A DNA stretch of 64,000 nucleotides from Candidatus Latescibacterota bacterium (GCA_965261395.1 OZ253462.1:3264001-3328000), one strand, 5' to 3'; shown: positions 1 to 10,298, numbered from the stretch's first letter. The notes: generated from the sequence alone by a model not told the origin. Numbers and translations: made by a program.

Positions 1-41
1 CGCTGTGGTTGGGGTGGCATACTGAACGGGAAATGCGTGCT

Positions 42-2822
42 ATGAAGAAATACTTCGTCGCCTTGGGGCTGGTGCTGCTAGTAGGCGTCCCAGCCTGGGG
101 CCAGACCGACGTCCAGCGCGGCGGGGTCGTCAGCTTTGAGCCGACCGGCCCGGGCGTGCTCTTTGGTGCGCTCGATCCAGCGGTCAAAAAGTGGTACGTG
201 CCGCAGGAGCTTTTCATGGAGTACGGCTGGCGTCAGTGGGAGTATTCCAACTACGCCCGCACCCCGTATGAGCGCTACGTCAACACCACCCGCGAGGGCG
301 ACTACTTCTACGATGTGTACGGCAATTTCACCACCCGTGGTTGGCTGATCTACGACTGGCGTCAGTTCCAGCCGCAGCCCTTGGGCAGTGGCATCTTTCA
401 GAGTACGCGCTTCAACCGCTGGTTCAATGCGGTGACCATCAGCGGCGACTCGCAGGGGCAGTACAACTACGCGATCACGGTCGGCGACCGGATTCGCACG
501 ACGCTGACGCCGATGACCTTTTCCAAGCCAGACTTCAACGGAGTGCAGGTCGATTTTGCCTCGGACAAGTACCAGGCGACGATCCTCGCTTCGCGTATCA
601 GTGAGCCGATTCGTGGCTCTACCCAGCTTTCGGGTGGGATTACCGAGCCGGTGACGCAGACCAATATTACCTCGTTATTCGGCGGGCGAGCGACCTTTCA
701 GGTAGGTGATTTCGTCGAGATAGGCGCCCAAGTGGTGAACGCCAGCAACGGCAATACGCTGCTCGACATGTTCAACGGCGACTTGATCGCCGGCAGCCTC
801 ACCGCTGGGCAGAGCACGGCACCGCTGACGGCGATTGCGGTGATTCTGAGCGATGATTCGCCCGAAGATAACGAAGGGGGCGCGGCGCTGTTCAGCCACG
901 ATGTGCGGATTACCAGCCGCGACTTCGACACCGGCAGGGAGACGGTTTCTACCTTGCAAGAGGTGGTCCGCCCTGGCTCGCAGTGGCCGGTCATCTTCGG
1001 CGGGTTCCGGCGTCCGGGTTTTTTGGCGGCAGATGGCTCGGAGCGGATCATCGTCAACTACGACTTCAACGACCCGGCCTATGTCGGCCCCGACCCGACG
1101 ACGATCGTTGGGGTGGACTTCAACTACGTGCTGGCCAACGACTTCAAGATCGAGATGTGGTCCGACCGCCAGACGGGCTTGCGCGGCGCGCCACCCCCGC
1201 CGTTGACCGCCGAGGTGCTCGCCGCCGCGCAACCAGCGTTGATTGCGCAGCGGCGGGCCGAGGGCAATGTCGCGGACATCACCAACTTGCAGCGGATCGA
1301 ATTCTCCTACGGCCTGCCGACGGCCAACCTAGTCGGCGGCTTCACCATTGAGGGCACCGGAGTCCTCGGCTTCGACTTCTACGGCGAGTGGGACCACAAC
1401 AAACGCTATTTCCAGTTCCCCAATGCCGCGCTGTTCAACGAGGGCGAAGAGCACGCGATCTCCTCCGAGGGGTCTGACGCTTGGTACTTCAATGTCTCGC
1501 GCAATGTGTTCCCCTACTTTCTCTACGGCGAAGCCTACGCCATTGACGAAGCCTATTCGACCACCGCCTTCTTGGTCAGTGCCACGGGCGATGTGCAATA
1601 CGACAATACCCAGCGGCACTTCTACGAGTTCGTCGATGACAACGACGACCAAGACCGCTTCCCCGACTGGATTCGCTTTGGCTCGACCCACGACCGGGCG
1701 ATCTTTCCCGGCTGGGACCAAAACAACGATTTCATCTCCGACTTCAACCAGAACGACAACGCCACCGCGGCCAATATCATCCCCGATTACGACGAGCCGT
1801 TCCTGCGCTACAACGTCGATCGGCCGGAGTTCCTCTTTGGCATTGATTTGAATAACAACAATTGGATCGACCGCTTTGAAGACGACGATCTGCCCGATTA
1901 CCCCTACAAGCCGGATCGGCGGGGCTACAATTTGTTCGGCGGCATCCATCTAGCGCCGGATATGCGGCTGACCATCGGCCGCACGGACGAGGCGTCCCAA
2001 GCGACCGACGCCTTCAACGAAACCAATTACGCGATGTTCACGCTGGATCGGGACTACGCGAGCTTGGGGCGCTTGCGGGTCTTCAACATGCTCAAGCAGG
2101 CCAAGGACACCATCCCCGACGCCCGACGCGAGCCAACTCCCTTTGTCGGCGCGCCGATCCAGCCGGTGGTGCGCGACATTTTGGTGGCGCAGGACACTTG
2201 GGTCAACACCGCGTACGCGCAGTTCGATTATCAGGGCATCGAGGGCTTGAATGTGGTCAACAAGCTCAAGTGGGAGCGCTTGCGGCAAAACGCGCAAGAC
2301 CCGCGCGACAGCATCGGCCGCCGGCTGGAAGAAGACGCGAGTTTTCTAGGGCTGATCAACAAGGTGGACTACATCTACGGCCTCGGTCGCTTTGACTTGC
2401 AGCCGAGGTGCAAGAGCGAGTTTTTGCGGCAGACGCCCTTCGTTGCCGACGAGGAGCGGCGCGAGGAATGGGCGCTAACTTTGCAGTTGATCGCCCGCCT
2501 GCCGGTCATGCGGCGCACGGTGTTAGAATCCGGCGTGGAGCAGTTGTGGTTCAGCGACCGGGTGCAGGACGAGGACGCGCTGCGAGCGGCGGGGCTTTTG
2601 CAGGAGACAGGGGACTGGCGTTCGACCCATATCGCAGTGCAGCTCTCGACGACTTCCGATTACCAGGGGTACCGGCTGACCACGCAAGCGGGCCTGCGCT
2701 TCGGCCGCATCCTGAGCGAACGGGTGATTGAGGACAGCGACCGGCCGGGCGTCTTCAAAAACGACGACAAGGGCAAGAATGAGACTACGACTTTTATCAC
2801 GGTATTTGCTGGACTGGAGTGA
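42..2822 (+). CDS. Large exported protein, 'family A' copy 1 (uncharacterised; acidic Ca-binding-like motifs, possible C-terminal beta-barrel)
   Basis: Long ORF. ATG42 gives a signal peptide MKKYFVALGLVLLVGVPAWG (ATG33 also possible). It shares blocks ALDPAVKKWYVPQELF, TLTPMTF, LSDDSP, LANDF/Y, DDNDDQDRFPD and PDYDEPFL with the ORFs at 4414 and 43394. Confidence 0.85.
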   Translation: MKKYFVALGLVLLVGVPAWGQTDVQRGGVVSFEPTGPGVLFGALDPAVKKWYVPQELFMEYGWRQWEYSNYARTPYERYVNTTREGDYFYDVYGNFTTRGWLIYDWRQFQPQPLGSGIFQSTRFNRWFNAVTISGDSQGQYNYAITVGDRIRTTLTPMTFSKPDFNGVQVDFASDKYQATILASRISEPIRGSTQLSGGITEPVTQTNITSLFGGRATFQVGDFVEIGAQVVNASNGNTLLDMFNGDLIAGSLTAGQSTAPLTAIAVILSDDSPEDNEGGAALFSHDVRITSRDFDTGRETVSTLQEVVRPGSQWPVIFGGFRRPGFLAADGSERIIVNYDFNDPAYVGPDPTTIVGVDFNYVLANDFKIEMWSDRQTGLRGAPPPPLTAEVLAAAQPALIAQRRAEGNVADITNLQRIEFSYGLPTANLVGGFTIEGTGVLGFDFYGEWDHNKRYFQFPNAALFNEGEEHAISSEGSDAWYFNVSRNVFPYFLYGEAYAIDEAYSTTAFLVSATGDVQYDNTQRHFYEFVDDNDDQDRFPDWIRFGSTHDRAIFPGWDQNNDFISDFNQNDNATAANIIPDYDEPFLRYNVDRPEFLFGIDLNNNNWIDRFEDDDLPDYPYKPDRRGYNLFGGIHLAPDMRLTIGRTDEASQATDAFNETNYAMFTLDRDYASLGRLRVFNMLKQAKDTIPDARREPTPFVGAPIQPVVRDILVAQDTWVNTAYAQFDYQGIEGLNVVNKLKWERLRQNAQDPRDSIGRRLEEDASFLGLINKVDYIYGLGRFDLQPRCKSEFLRQTPFVADEERREEWALTLQLIARLPVMRRTVLESGVEQLWFSDRVQDEDALRAAGLLQETGDWRSTHIAVQLSTTSDYQGYRLTTQAGLRFGRILSERVIEDSDRPGVFKNDDKGKNETTTFITVFAGLE

Positions 2823-4410
2823 GACCGTTTTAGTGGCCTTGGTCTTGGGTGCGGGTTGTGCCCAAGAGCCTGGAGAACAAGTGCTGGCCCAAGTGGATGG
2901 CGAGCCGATTACCGCGTCGGAGTTCAGGGATTTCGACGCGCGGATTCCCGCTGGGATGAAGGAGGGAGGCCAGCGCCAAGTGCTCGAAAGCCTGATCGAC
3001 AAAAAGCTGCTTTTGCGCGAAGCGGACGCCGCCAATATGGCTGAAGACAGTTGGTTCAAAGGCGAACTGGCCCGCTTCAAACGCGCTCGGCTGATGGCGC
3101 TGTACATGGAGCGCGAGGTCGTCGCCAAGATCGAGATCACCCCCGAGGAAATAAATCGTCACTACCGAGAGAGTGGCCGGCACCGCGCCCTGCGCTTGGG
3201 CGGCATTATGGTCGATAGCTTGGTGGAAGCACGCGCAATTACCGACCTGCTCGCTGCGGGGGCCGATTTTCACGAACTGGCTAGCTCGCATTCCGTTCAC
3301 GAGAAGACCGCCGTGCGGGGCGGCGACACCGGCATATACCAGACGCGCGACCAGATGTCGGCGGAGACGGTCGAGCAGGTGCTCGATCTGGCGATAGGAG
3401 GAGTTTCCGCGCCGGTGCACGAAGTCTTCGGCCACGAGGACTTTTACGTGATCTACAAAGTCCTCGACGAGATTCCAGCGCCGCTGAGCGCGTCGGAGCG
3501 GATCATCGTCGAGGAACTGACAGTGCAAAAGCGCGAGGAGCGGTTGCGGGCGCTCAGCGATTCGCTCATGGGAGCCTATGCACCGGTGCCGCGCCCGCCC
3601 GCGATCCAACGGCTCGTCGAGAACGGGGTCATGGCAGACCAAGCCGAAGTTCTCTGCGCGTATCGGGGCGGCGAGCTCACCGTTAGCGATTTCTTGGCGG
3701 CTTACGAGCGTCTCACCAGCAGGAGCTTACAGGCTGCCGACAGCGCGCATGTGGCCACGTTTTTGCATCGCCGGGTGCTGCCCGACTTGTTCGTGAGCGC
3801 TGAGATTGAGGCGGCTGGTTTGGCAGAGGATGAGCGTTTCAAAGAGACTGTGGCGGTTAAGAGCGAGGAGTTGATGCTCAGCGCGCTGCGCCGGCGGGAG
3901 GTTGACCAGTACGTGAGTGTCACCGAAGAAGAAGCGCGCGATTTCTACGATGCGCATCCCGAAAAATTCGCTCGGCCTGAGAACACGACCATCGTCGAGA
4001 TTTTGGTGGCGTCGGATTCGTTGGCTCAGCGCTTGGGGGATGAGTTGCACGCGGGGGGTGATGCCGCAGCGTTGGCTAAGCGCCATACTCGGCGCGAGGG
4101 CAGCTTGCACCACGACGGCCAGATGCAGCTCAATGACTATGTCCAAGGGCTGTTTCCCGTGCTGTCTGCTGCCGTGCAGGATGTCGCTGTCGGCGAGGTG
4201 GGCGGGCCGTTGAAGACCGAGCGGGGCTATTCGGTCTTCAAGGTTCTGGAGCGCACGCGCGAGCAGATCCCGTACAATGCCGAATCCCAGCGCCGCGCCC
4301 GCGCCTACGTGCGGATCGACAAGTCGAAAAGGGATTACGTGCGGTTCGTGCGCAATTTGCGGAATAAGTATCCAGTGGAAATTGTCGAGGGCAGTTTGGA
4401 GAAGCTCTAA
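2779..4410 (+). CDS. PpiC/parvulin-type peptidyl-prolyl isomerase lipoprotein (SurA/PrsA-like), two rotamase domains
   Basis: Lipobox LGAGC followed by VLAQVDGEPIT. Parvulin-like segments GADFHELASSHS...GGDTG and EILV...GEVGGPLKTERGYSVFKV. The start is uncertain; ATG2779 overlaps the upstream gene. Confidence 0.8.
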   Translation: MRLRLLSRYLLDWSETVLVALVLGAGCAQEPGEQVLAQVDGEPITASEFRDFDARIPAGMKEGGQRQVLESLIDKKLLLREADAANMAEDSWFKGELARFKRARLMALYMEREVVAKIEITPEEINRHYRESGRHRALRLGGIMVDSLVEARAITDLLAAGADFHELASSHSVHEKTAVRGGDTGIYQTRDQMSAETVEQVLDLAIGGVSAPVHEVFGHEDFYVIYKVLDEIPAPLSASERIIVEELTVQKREERLRALSDSLMGAYAPVPRPPAIQRLVENGVMADQAEVLCAYRGGELTVSDFLAAYERLTSRSLQAADSAHVATFLHRRVLPDLFVSAEIEAAGLAEDERFKETVAVKSEELMLSALRRREVDQYVSVTEEEARDFYDAHPEKFARPENTTIVEILVASDSLAQRLGDELHAGGDAAALAKRHTRREGSLHHDGQMQLNDYVQGLFPVLSAAVQDVAVGEVGGPLKTERGYSVFKVLERTREQIPYNAESQRRARAYVRIDKSKRDYVRFVRNLRNKYPVEIVEGSLEKL

Positions 4411-4413
4411 ACC

Positions 4414-7305
4414 GTGCGTTGGACAGCTAACATAGCAAAGGCCGCGTTGTTGGCCTTGGTGCTCGCCTTGCAGGCTGGAGCGCAGACGGATTACGACTAC
4501 CGTTTGGGGCAGCAGGAAAGGGGTGAAGTCCGCTTCAGTGCCCAAGGGCCAAGCGTGCTGATGGGGGCCTTGGATCCCACGGTCATGCGCTGGTACATGC
4601 CGCAGGAGCTGTTCGACGAGTACGGCCGTCGCCAGTGGCGCTACACCAACTACGCCACCGAGCCGTACCGGCGCTACATCAACCGCAACCAGGAGGGTTC
4701 GTATTTCTACGACACCTACGGCAAGCTGATCTCGCGCGGCTGGCTGGTGTACGACTGGCGACAGACCCAAGCACGCACCGTCGCGAGCAGCCAGTTGACC
4801 AAAGAGCGGCGCTACGCCTCTTGGTTCAACCGACTGATTATCTCCTCGGATGCGAGCGGCGACTACAACTACTCGCTGATGATCGGCGATGAGATTTTTG
4901 CCACTCTGACGCCGATGACCTTCCGCAAGGTTGGCTTCAATGGGGTCGTGACGAACTTTGCCGCGCGGTATCTGCGAGGCACAGGCTTGTTTTCGCGCCC
5001 GAGCCTGCCCATCGTCGAGATCGACCCGGATATTCCGACCGCCTCGCAGGACAACTTTACCAGTTTAATCGCCGGGCGGCTAGAGGCCGATTTGGGTGCT
5101 AATGCGACCTTGGGCTTGACGTTGGTCAATGCCCACAACGGGGCCGGCAACCGCGAGAGCTTTGAAGGCAATCCGCTCAAAGGAGTGCTGACGACCGGGC
5201 AATTAGGGAGACGGCTCAACAAGCTGATCGTGCGGCTGTCCGACGATTCGCCCGCCGACGGCGAGGGCGGGCCGGTGTTGTTTGGCACGGAGGTGGAGAT
5301 CACCACGGCGCTTCGGCGCGAGGTGCCGGTCGAAGGCGGCGTGCGGATGGTATTCAAGGACACCACCTTCACGGGCAGCAGCATTGGCTTTGCGCCGGTG
5401 ATAGAGGGTGGAGAGGAGCGCGGCGGCTTCTTGCGGGCCGATGGGACGGAGAACATCGTGCTGCAGTACGCGTTGGCTGCCGAAGAGGGCGAAAGCGAGC
5501 AGGGCACCTTGCGCTTGGCCTTGCAGCGCCGATTGGAGTTAGGGCTGGACGAGGCCGACGACGCCATCACCCGCGTCAAAAACGTGCGTTTCCGCTTCGT
5601 GCTGGCCAACGACTACCGGATCGAAGTGGCGTCCGACCGGCAGAACAGCCGCATCGGCATCCCGCAGTTTTTGGTGGTAGCGCAGGCTGCCGGCAATGTC
5701 AAGAATCAGCTCAATCCGCGCGAAGTCGTCTTTGACTACGGCCTGCCGACCGCTTCGCAGATCGTCGGAATGACTGCCGAAGTGCGCGACTGGCAGGGCT
5801 TCGACTTCTACGGCGAATTCAACGTCAGTACCCAGTACCGCCAGTTCCCCTCGACGACGCGCGAATCGCACCGCTCGTTTTCGGGAATCCAAGGCGACGA
5901 GCACGCGGTTGGCTGGCTGTTCAATCTCGTGCGGCACGCAGCCCCTTGGCGCTTTTCCCTCGAAGGCTTTGGCATGGACGACGCCTATGCCACCAGCTTC
6001 AAGCCGGTAGATAGTCGCGGCTTGGTGGACTACTCGCCCGAAGCTACCAACAGGCTCTACGATTTCGTCGAAGACAACGACGATCACGACCGCCACCCTG
6101 ACCAGAAGCGGTTTTTCCAGGGCGGATTGGTGCCGCCGCAATCGACCGCGCTGGGCGGCTTCCAGGTGCGCTCGGACGGCGTGCCCGACCCGGCGGTCTT
6201 CCCTGGGTACGACGAAAACGGCGACTTCATCTCCGACTTCAATCAGAACAGCAACGGCGACCGGGAGAATTTCTTCCCCGATTACGAGGAGCCTTTCCTG
6301 CGCCATCACTCGGACCGGCCGGAGTTCCTCTTTGGCATTGACCTCAACAACAACGGCTGGGCCGAGCGCTTTGAAAACGACGATTTGCCCGACTATCCCT
6401 ACAAGAAGGACCACTGGGGCTACAACGCCTACGCCAGCGTGGAGGTCAATCCCGAAATCCGCCTCTCCACCGGCTACCTGCGCCAGGATATGCGCCAAGT
6501 CGACCGCAAAAATCACACCGCCTATGGGCTTGTTACCTTTGAGCGGGATTGGCCCGGTCGCGGTCGGGTGCGGGTCTTTGACATGCTGAAGAAGGCCGCA
6601 GACACGATCCCCGACCCGCTGTCGCAGTGGATCGTGCCGACGCTCGAATTCGGGGCCGCTGGGCAGACGAGCGGTCAGCATATCGCCGTGCCCGATTTGC
6701 TGGCGGCCGAGGATACTTGGATCAATACGTTCTACGCCGAGTGGCAGTACGCCAGTCCGCGGCGTTGGAAGACTAAGCACCGCTTCAAATGGGACTGGTG
6801 GCATCAGCGCGATGCGCAACTTGGTTCGCTGGGGCCGTTGGGCCGCAATGGCCGCGCGACCTCCGGTTTTGTGGGGTTGATCGACAAGATCGACGGCGTC
6901 TTTGCATGGGGCGCAGTGGCGATTTTGCCCCGCTGCAAAAGCGAGTTCCTCAGCCAATCTCCCTTTTCCTTGGCCGAGCGTCGCCGCCGTTCTTGGGACG
7001 GGATCGGGTCGCTGTTGATCCGCTTCCCCGTGATGCGGGATTCAGAGCTTGAACTGGGGTTTGAGCAGCGGCTGTTTTTCGAGTTGCTGCGGGACGAAAA
7101 GGTCCTGGCGGAAAACGTGCTGACGGGCGATTTCCGCGGCATGGTGTGGGCGGCGCAATTGAGCAATCAGCGAGAGTATTTAGGCTACGAATTGACGACC
7201 CAACTCGGGTTGCGCTTTGATCGGCGTTCGTTGGAAGTGATCGGGCGGGAGCGCGAGACGCGGGTCGCGGGATTGGCTTTTCTGTCGATATTTGCCAGTC
7301 TGTGA
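4414..7305 (+). CDS. Large exported protein, 'family A' copy 2
   Basis: 963-aa ORF with signal peptide (ALLALVLALQAGA) and the same conserved blocks as copy 1 (MGALDPTVMRWYMPQELF, EDNDDHDRHPD, DENGDFISDFNQN, GIDLNNNGWAERFENDDLPDYPY). Confidence 0.85.
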   Translation: MRWTANIAKAALLALVLALQAGAQTDYDYRLGQQERGEVRFSAQGPSVLMGALDPTVMRWYMPQELFDEYGRRQWRYTNYATEPYRRYINRNQEGSYFYDTYGKLISRGWLVYDWRQTQARTVASSQLTKERRYASWFNRLIISSDASGDYNYSLMIGDEIFATLTPMTFRKVGFNGVVTNFAARYLRGTGLFSRPSLPIVEIDPDIPTASQDNFTSLIAGRLEADLGANATLGLTLVNAHNGAGNRESFEGNPLKGVLTTGQLGRRLNKLIVRLSDDSPADGEGGPVLFGTEVEITTALRREVPVEGGVRMVFKDTTFTGSSIGFAPVIEGGEERGGFLRADGTENIVLQYALAAEEGESEQGTLRLALQRRLELGLDEADDAITRVKNVRFRFVLANDYRIEVASDRQNSRIGIPQFLVVAQAAGNVKNQLNPREVVFDYGLPTASQIVGMTAEVRDWQGFDFYGEFNVSTQYRQFPSTTRESHRSFSGIQGDEHAVGWLFNLVRHAAPWRFSLEGFGMDDAYATSFKPVDSRGLVDYSPEATNRLYDFVEDNDDHDRHPDQKRFFQGGLVPPQSTALGGFQVRSDGVPDPAVFPGYDENGDFISDFNQNSNGDRENFFPDYEEPFLRHHSDRPEFLFGIDLNNNGWAERFENDDLPDYPYKKDHWGYNAYASVEVNPEIRLSTGYLRQDMRQVDRKNHTAYGLVTFERDWPGRGRVRVFDMLKKAADTIPDPLSQWIVPTLEFGAAGQTSGQHIAVPDLLAAEDTWINTFYAEWQYASPRRWKTKHRFKWDWWHQRDAQLGSLGPLGRNGRATSGFVGLIDKIDGVFAWGAVAILPRCKSEFLSQSPFSLAERRRRSWDGIGSLLIRFPVMRDSELELGFEQRLFFELLRDEKVLAENVLTGDFRGMVWAAQLSNQREYLGYELTTQLGLRFDRRSLEVIGRERETRVAGLAFLSIFASL

Positions 7306-7338
7306 GGTAGCAGTAGTAGAACTGGAGACAGATGAATT

Positions 7339-7638
7339 ATGAGTGAGAAGATTACGCTTGAAAAGAGTTCGGGTAATGTGTTTGAGGACCTCGGCTTGCC
7401 AGATGCGGAAGAATTATTTCTCAGGGCAACACTTGGGTTTAAAGTGTTTCAGATTATAGAAAACCGGAAGCTGACCCAGGCGGAAGCCGCGAAGATTTTA
7501 GGGGTGAAGCAACCTGAAATATCTCGGCTAAAGAATGGTAAGTTTAACCATTACAGCGTTGAGCGGTTAATGACGTTTCTCAACCGACTGAATCTCGATA
7601 TTGAGATCCATATTATTCCCTCAGAAAATAGCCAATGA
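7339..7638 (+). CDS. XRE-family HTH antitoxin-like protein (HigA/HTH_37 type), orphan
   Basis: SSGNVFEDLGLPDA N-terminus and LTQAEAAKILGVKQPEISRL HTH are typical of this family. RBS GGAG lies upstream. Confidence 0.85.
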   Translation: MSEKITLEKSSGNVFEDLGLPDAEELFLRATLGFKVFQIIENRKLTQAEAAKILGVKQPEISRLKNGKFNHYSVERLMTFLNRLNLDIEIHIIPSENSQ

Positions 7639-8060
7639 AAATAGCCTTTGACACCAACGTTATTGTTGCAGCACTTCGCAGCCGTTCAGGTGCTTCTAAT
7701 GCGCTCTTGCGTGCGTTGCATACGGGACAGATTGAAGCTGTCGCGAGTGTGCCTATGATGCTGGAGTATGAAGCGGTCCTGATGCGTCCAGAGCAACGCC
7801 AAGCCGCCGGGATGAGCGTACAGGATGTGAACGTCTTTCTCGATACGTTGGCCCTGCTAGTTACGCCGGTAGTACCCTATTTTCTGTGGCGTCCACTGCT
7901 GCGAGATCCCGACGATGAAATGGTGCTTGACGCCGCAGTCAGTGGTGGTGCGGAGGCGATTGTGACGTTTAACGCGCAGGATTTCTTGCCAGGTTCCACC
8001 CTATTTAACATGCAGATTCTAACGCCTGCACAAGCTATACGATGGCTAAAGAAAGGATGA
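7635..8060 (+). CDS. PIN-domain (VapC-like) toxin
   Basis: Motifs FDTNVIVAAL, LEYE, RDPDDEMVL and IVTFN..DF. ATGA overlap with the upstream gene. Confidence 0.9.
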   Translation: MKIAFDTNVIVAALRSRSGASNALLRALHTGQIEAVASVPMMLEYEAVLMRPEQRQAAGMSVQDVNVFLDTLALLVTPVVPYFLWRPLLRDPDDEMVLDAAVSGGAEAIVTFNAQDFLPGSTLFNMQILTPAQAIRWLKKG

Positions 8061-8338
8061 AGATTATGGCTACCACGAATCCGTATTCCCTCCATCTGCT
8101 CGCCTCGCTCAAATCCGAAGCCGAAAAAGTGGCGGCAGCCGAGGGCACGACGCTCGACCAGTTTATCAACGTGGCCGTAGCGGAGAAGCTAGCGGCCTTG
8201 AGGACCTCCCGTTACTTCCAAGACCGGGCCGCCGGTGCCGATTTGGAGGCTTTTGACCGTCTGCTCGCGACGGCAGGTGATGAGCCGCCGCGCCTTGGGG
8301 ATGAGATGTTGCCGACAGAAAATGAATGTTCCGATTAA
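8057..8338 (+). CDS. RHH/HicB-like antitoxin, partner of the PIN toxin
   Basis: YSLHL..SLK..AEKVA..EG.TLDQFINVAVAEKL matches the RHH-type antitoxin usually found after this PIN subfamily. ATG8057 overlaps the toxin stop. Confidence 0.75.
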   Translation: MKIMATTNPYSLHLLASLKSEAEKVAAAEGTTLDQFINVAVAEKLAALRTSRYFQDRAAGADLEAFDRLLATAGDEPPRLGDEMLPTENECSD

Positions 8339-8377
8339 AACGGGGTGCTTTCTATCGCCATAAAACGGGGTCATGGT

Positions 8378-10285
8378 ATGCTAACAGCTTGTATTTTCGC
8401 CCTCGCTTGGCTGACTGGCGGCGCAGATGCGCTGACGATTTATCGGATCGGCGGCTCGTCGCTGCCGAGGCCGGAGTTGGCCGAGGGGGTGGAGTTTGTG
8501 CAGCTCGATTGGGAGGGGGTGGAATCCGCGCAGCACGGCCAAGTCGAATCGCTGAAAATCGATGCGGACTTTATTGAGCCGGAGCAACTGGACCCGTCGG
8601 TAAACCTGACGCCGCGTCTCAAGGAGCGCGGTGGCCGAGTACAGACGCTGGTCTGGCGAGGCTGGGAGCAAAGCGGCGACACTGAGGCCGTGCTCTGGGA
8701 CGAAAACGCAGAGACCGTCTTCTTGGGCGACGGGCATTGGACTACCTCGGGCATCGGCGTGCGCAACAAGAGCCTAATCTTTGAGTTCGGGGGTAACTTC
8801 ACGGTCGAGCGCGTCAAGTTCTATCCGCGCGAGCGCTTTGAGGAAGAGCGCTTCCTACAGCGCTTTATCATCGGCGTCAGCGACGGCAACCCGCTCAAGG
8901 AAGGTACGCGCGAGTACACTGCGGGGACGCGCGGCTCTTTCATCGACTTCGACATCGTGCATCAGGCCACCGAGAACACGACCTCGGTGGTCGAACTGGA
9001 TCTGCCACCGGTGCCGATCCGCCGGATGCTCTTTGAAGCACCTGAAAACACCCAAGGCATCTGGGAAATCGCCGAGTTTGAGATATACGGCAAGGGTTTC
9101 ACGCCGACGGCTCGCTACATGTCCAATGTGCTTGATTTGGGCGGGCGGGCGGCGCTGGGCAGACTAAGCTGGGGGAGTCAAGTCGATTCGGGCGCGCAAA
9201 TCAAGCTAAGTACGCGCGCTGGCGACGACAGCGAACCCAATACCTATTGGCGCAGCACGTTCCGCGGCGATGAGCGGACCCGGCTGGATACTCGGGGGCG
9301 GCCTTTGACGCTGCGGTCGTACAACCGACTGGAGAAGGCGCAGCAGGCCGGAATCACGCCCGACACCGAAAATTGGGAAGGCTGGAGCGCGGCCTATGAC
9401 TTAGTACTGGGCAGCGCTCCGATGCAGGGGACGCAGCCTCGGCAGTTTGTGCAGATCAGGGCTAACTTCCAGTCCACGGTAGAAGCGGGTGGGCGGCTGA
9501 ACTTCGTGCAATTTGCGGTGTCTAAGCCGCCGATGGCCGCCTTGGTTTTGGCCGAGATTGCGCCCGTCTTGGCGACCACGGGCGTGGCGACAGAGTTCAC
9601 TTATATGCTGCTGCCGCGAGTGGAAGCCGAGGACTTGGGTTTCGACACCATTGAGATCGACACGCCGACCCAAGCGGAGGGCATTGACGCGGTGCGCTAC
9701 AGCGGTGAAGAGGTTGCCTTTGCGGTGCGGCGGCTTGATGAGCGCGGCTTTGAGGTCGGCGTCCCACGAATAGACCAAGTGCGCGATGGCGAGCTGATTG
9801 AGGTGGTCTTTCGCTGTGAGGTTTTCAAGTTCGGCACCTTGTTCTCGGGCCGTGTGTACGACAGCACCCGGCCGCAGGAGGTGCGCCAAGTAGTGACGCC
9901 GGGCGAAGTGGTCGAACTGGTCGAGGGCAATACGCTGAGCGTGGGGCTGACTCATATCGCTGGGCAGGTGGTCGGCGCGCTCAGGCTCGTGCCAGCGGCG
10001 TTCACGCCCAACGGGGACCAGATCAACGACGCAGTGCGGGTCGAATACGACCTGTTGAATGTGACCGGGAATGCCGAAGTAGCGGTGGTGCTCTACGATT
10101 TGCAGGGGACGCGGATCGATGAGGTTTTCCGCGGACCGGCGCAGAGCGGACAGTTTGCCGCGCTGTGGGACGGCCGGGACGGAACGGGTGCTCTGCTTGC
10201 GCCTGGGCTGTACGTCCTGCGCCTTGAGGTAGAGACCGATGGGGGCACCAAGGCCCGCTCGCGCATCGTCTCGCTGGCGTACTAA
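8378..10285 (+). CDS. Exported 'family B1' protein with discoidin-like domain and C-terminal FTPNGD/FlgD-Ig domain
   Basis: Signal peptide from ATG8378. Motif WEIAEFEIYGKGF. C-terminus AFTPNGDQIND...YDLQG...WDGRDGTG..LAPGLY...SLAY. Confidence 0.8.
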   Translation: MLTACIFALAWLTGGADALTIYRIGGSSLPRPELAEGVEFVQLDWEGVESAQHGQVESLKIDADFIEPEQLDPSVNLTPRLKERGGRVQTLVWRGWEQSGDTEAVLWDENAETVFLGDGHWTTSGIGVRNKSLIFEFGGNFTVERVKFYPRERFEEERFLQRFIIGVSDGNPLKEGTREYTAGTRGSFIDFDIVHQATENTTSVVELDLPPVPIRRMLFEAPENTQGIWEIAEFEIYGKGFTPTARYMSNVLDLGGRAALGRLSWGSQVDSGAQIKLSTRAGDDSEPNTYWRSTFRGDERTRLDTRGRPLTLRSYNRLEKAQQAGITPDTENWEGWSAAYDLVLGSAPMQGTQPRQFVQIRANFQSTVEAGGRLNFVQFAVSKPPMAALVLAEIAPVLATTGVATEFTYMLLPRVEAEDLGFDTIEIDTPTQAEGIDAVRYSGEEVAFAVRRLDERGFEVGVPRIDQVRDGELIEVVFRCEVFKFGTLFSGRVYDSTRPQEVRQVVTPGEVVELVEGNTLSVGLTHIAGQVVGALRLVPAAFTPNGDQINDAVRVEYDLLNVTGNAEVAVVLYDLQGTRIDEVFRGPAQSGQFAALWDGRDGTGALLAPGLYVLRLEVETDGGTKARSRIVSLAY

Positions 10286-10298
10286 GAGGAGAGGGCTT

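Noticed and set aside
5539-6957. Long antisense ORFs over family A/B and other genes (for example 472 aa here)
   Set aside because: They are expected shadows of GC-rich codon bias, with no motifs, RBS or independent support.
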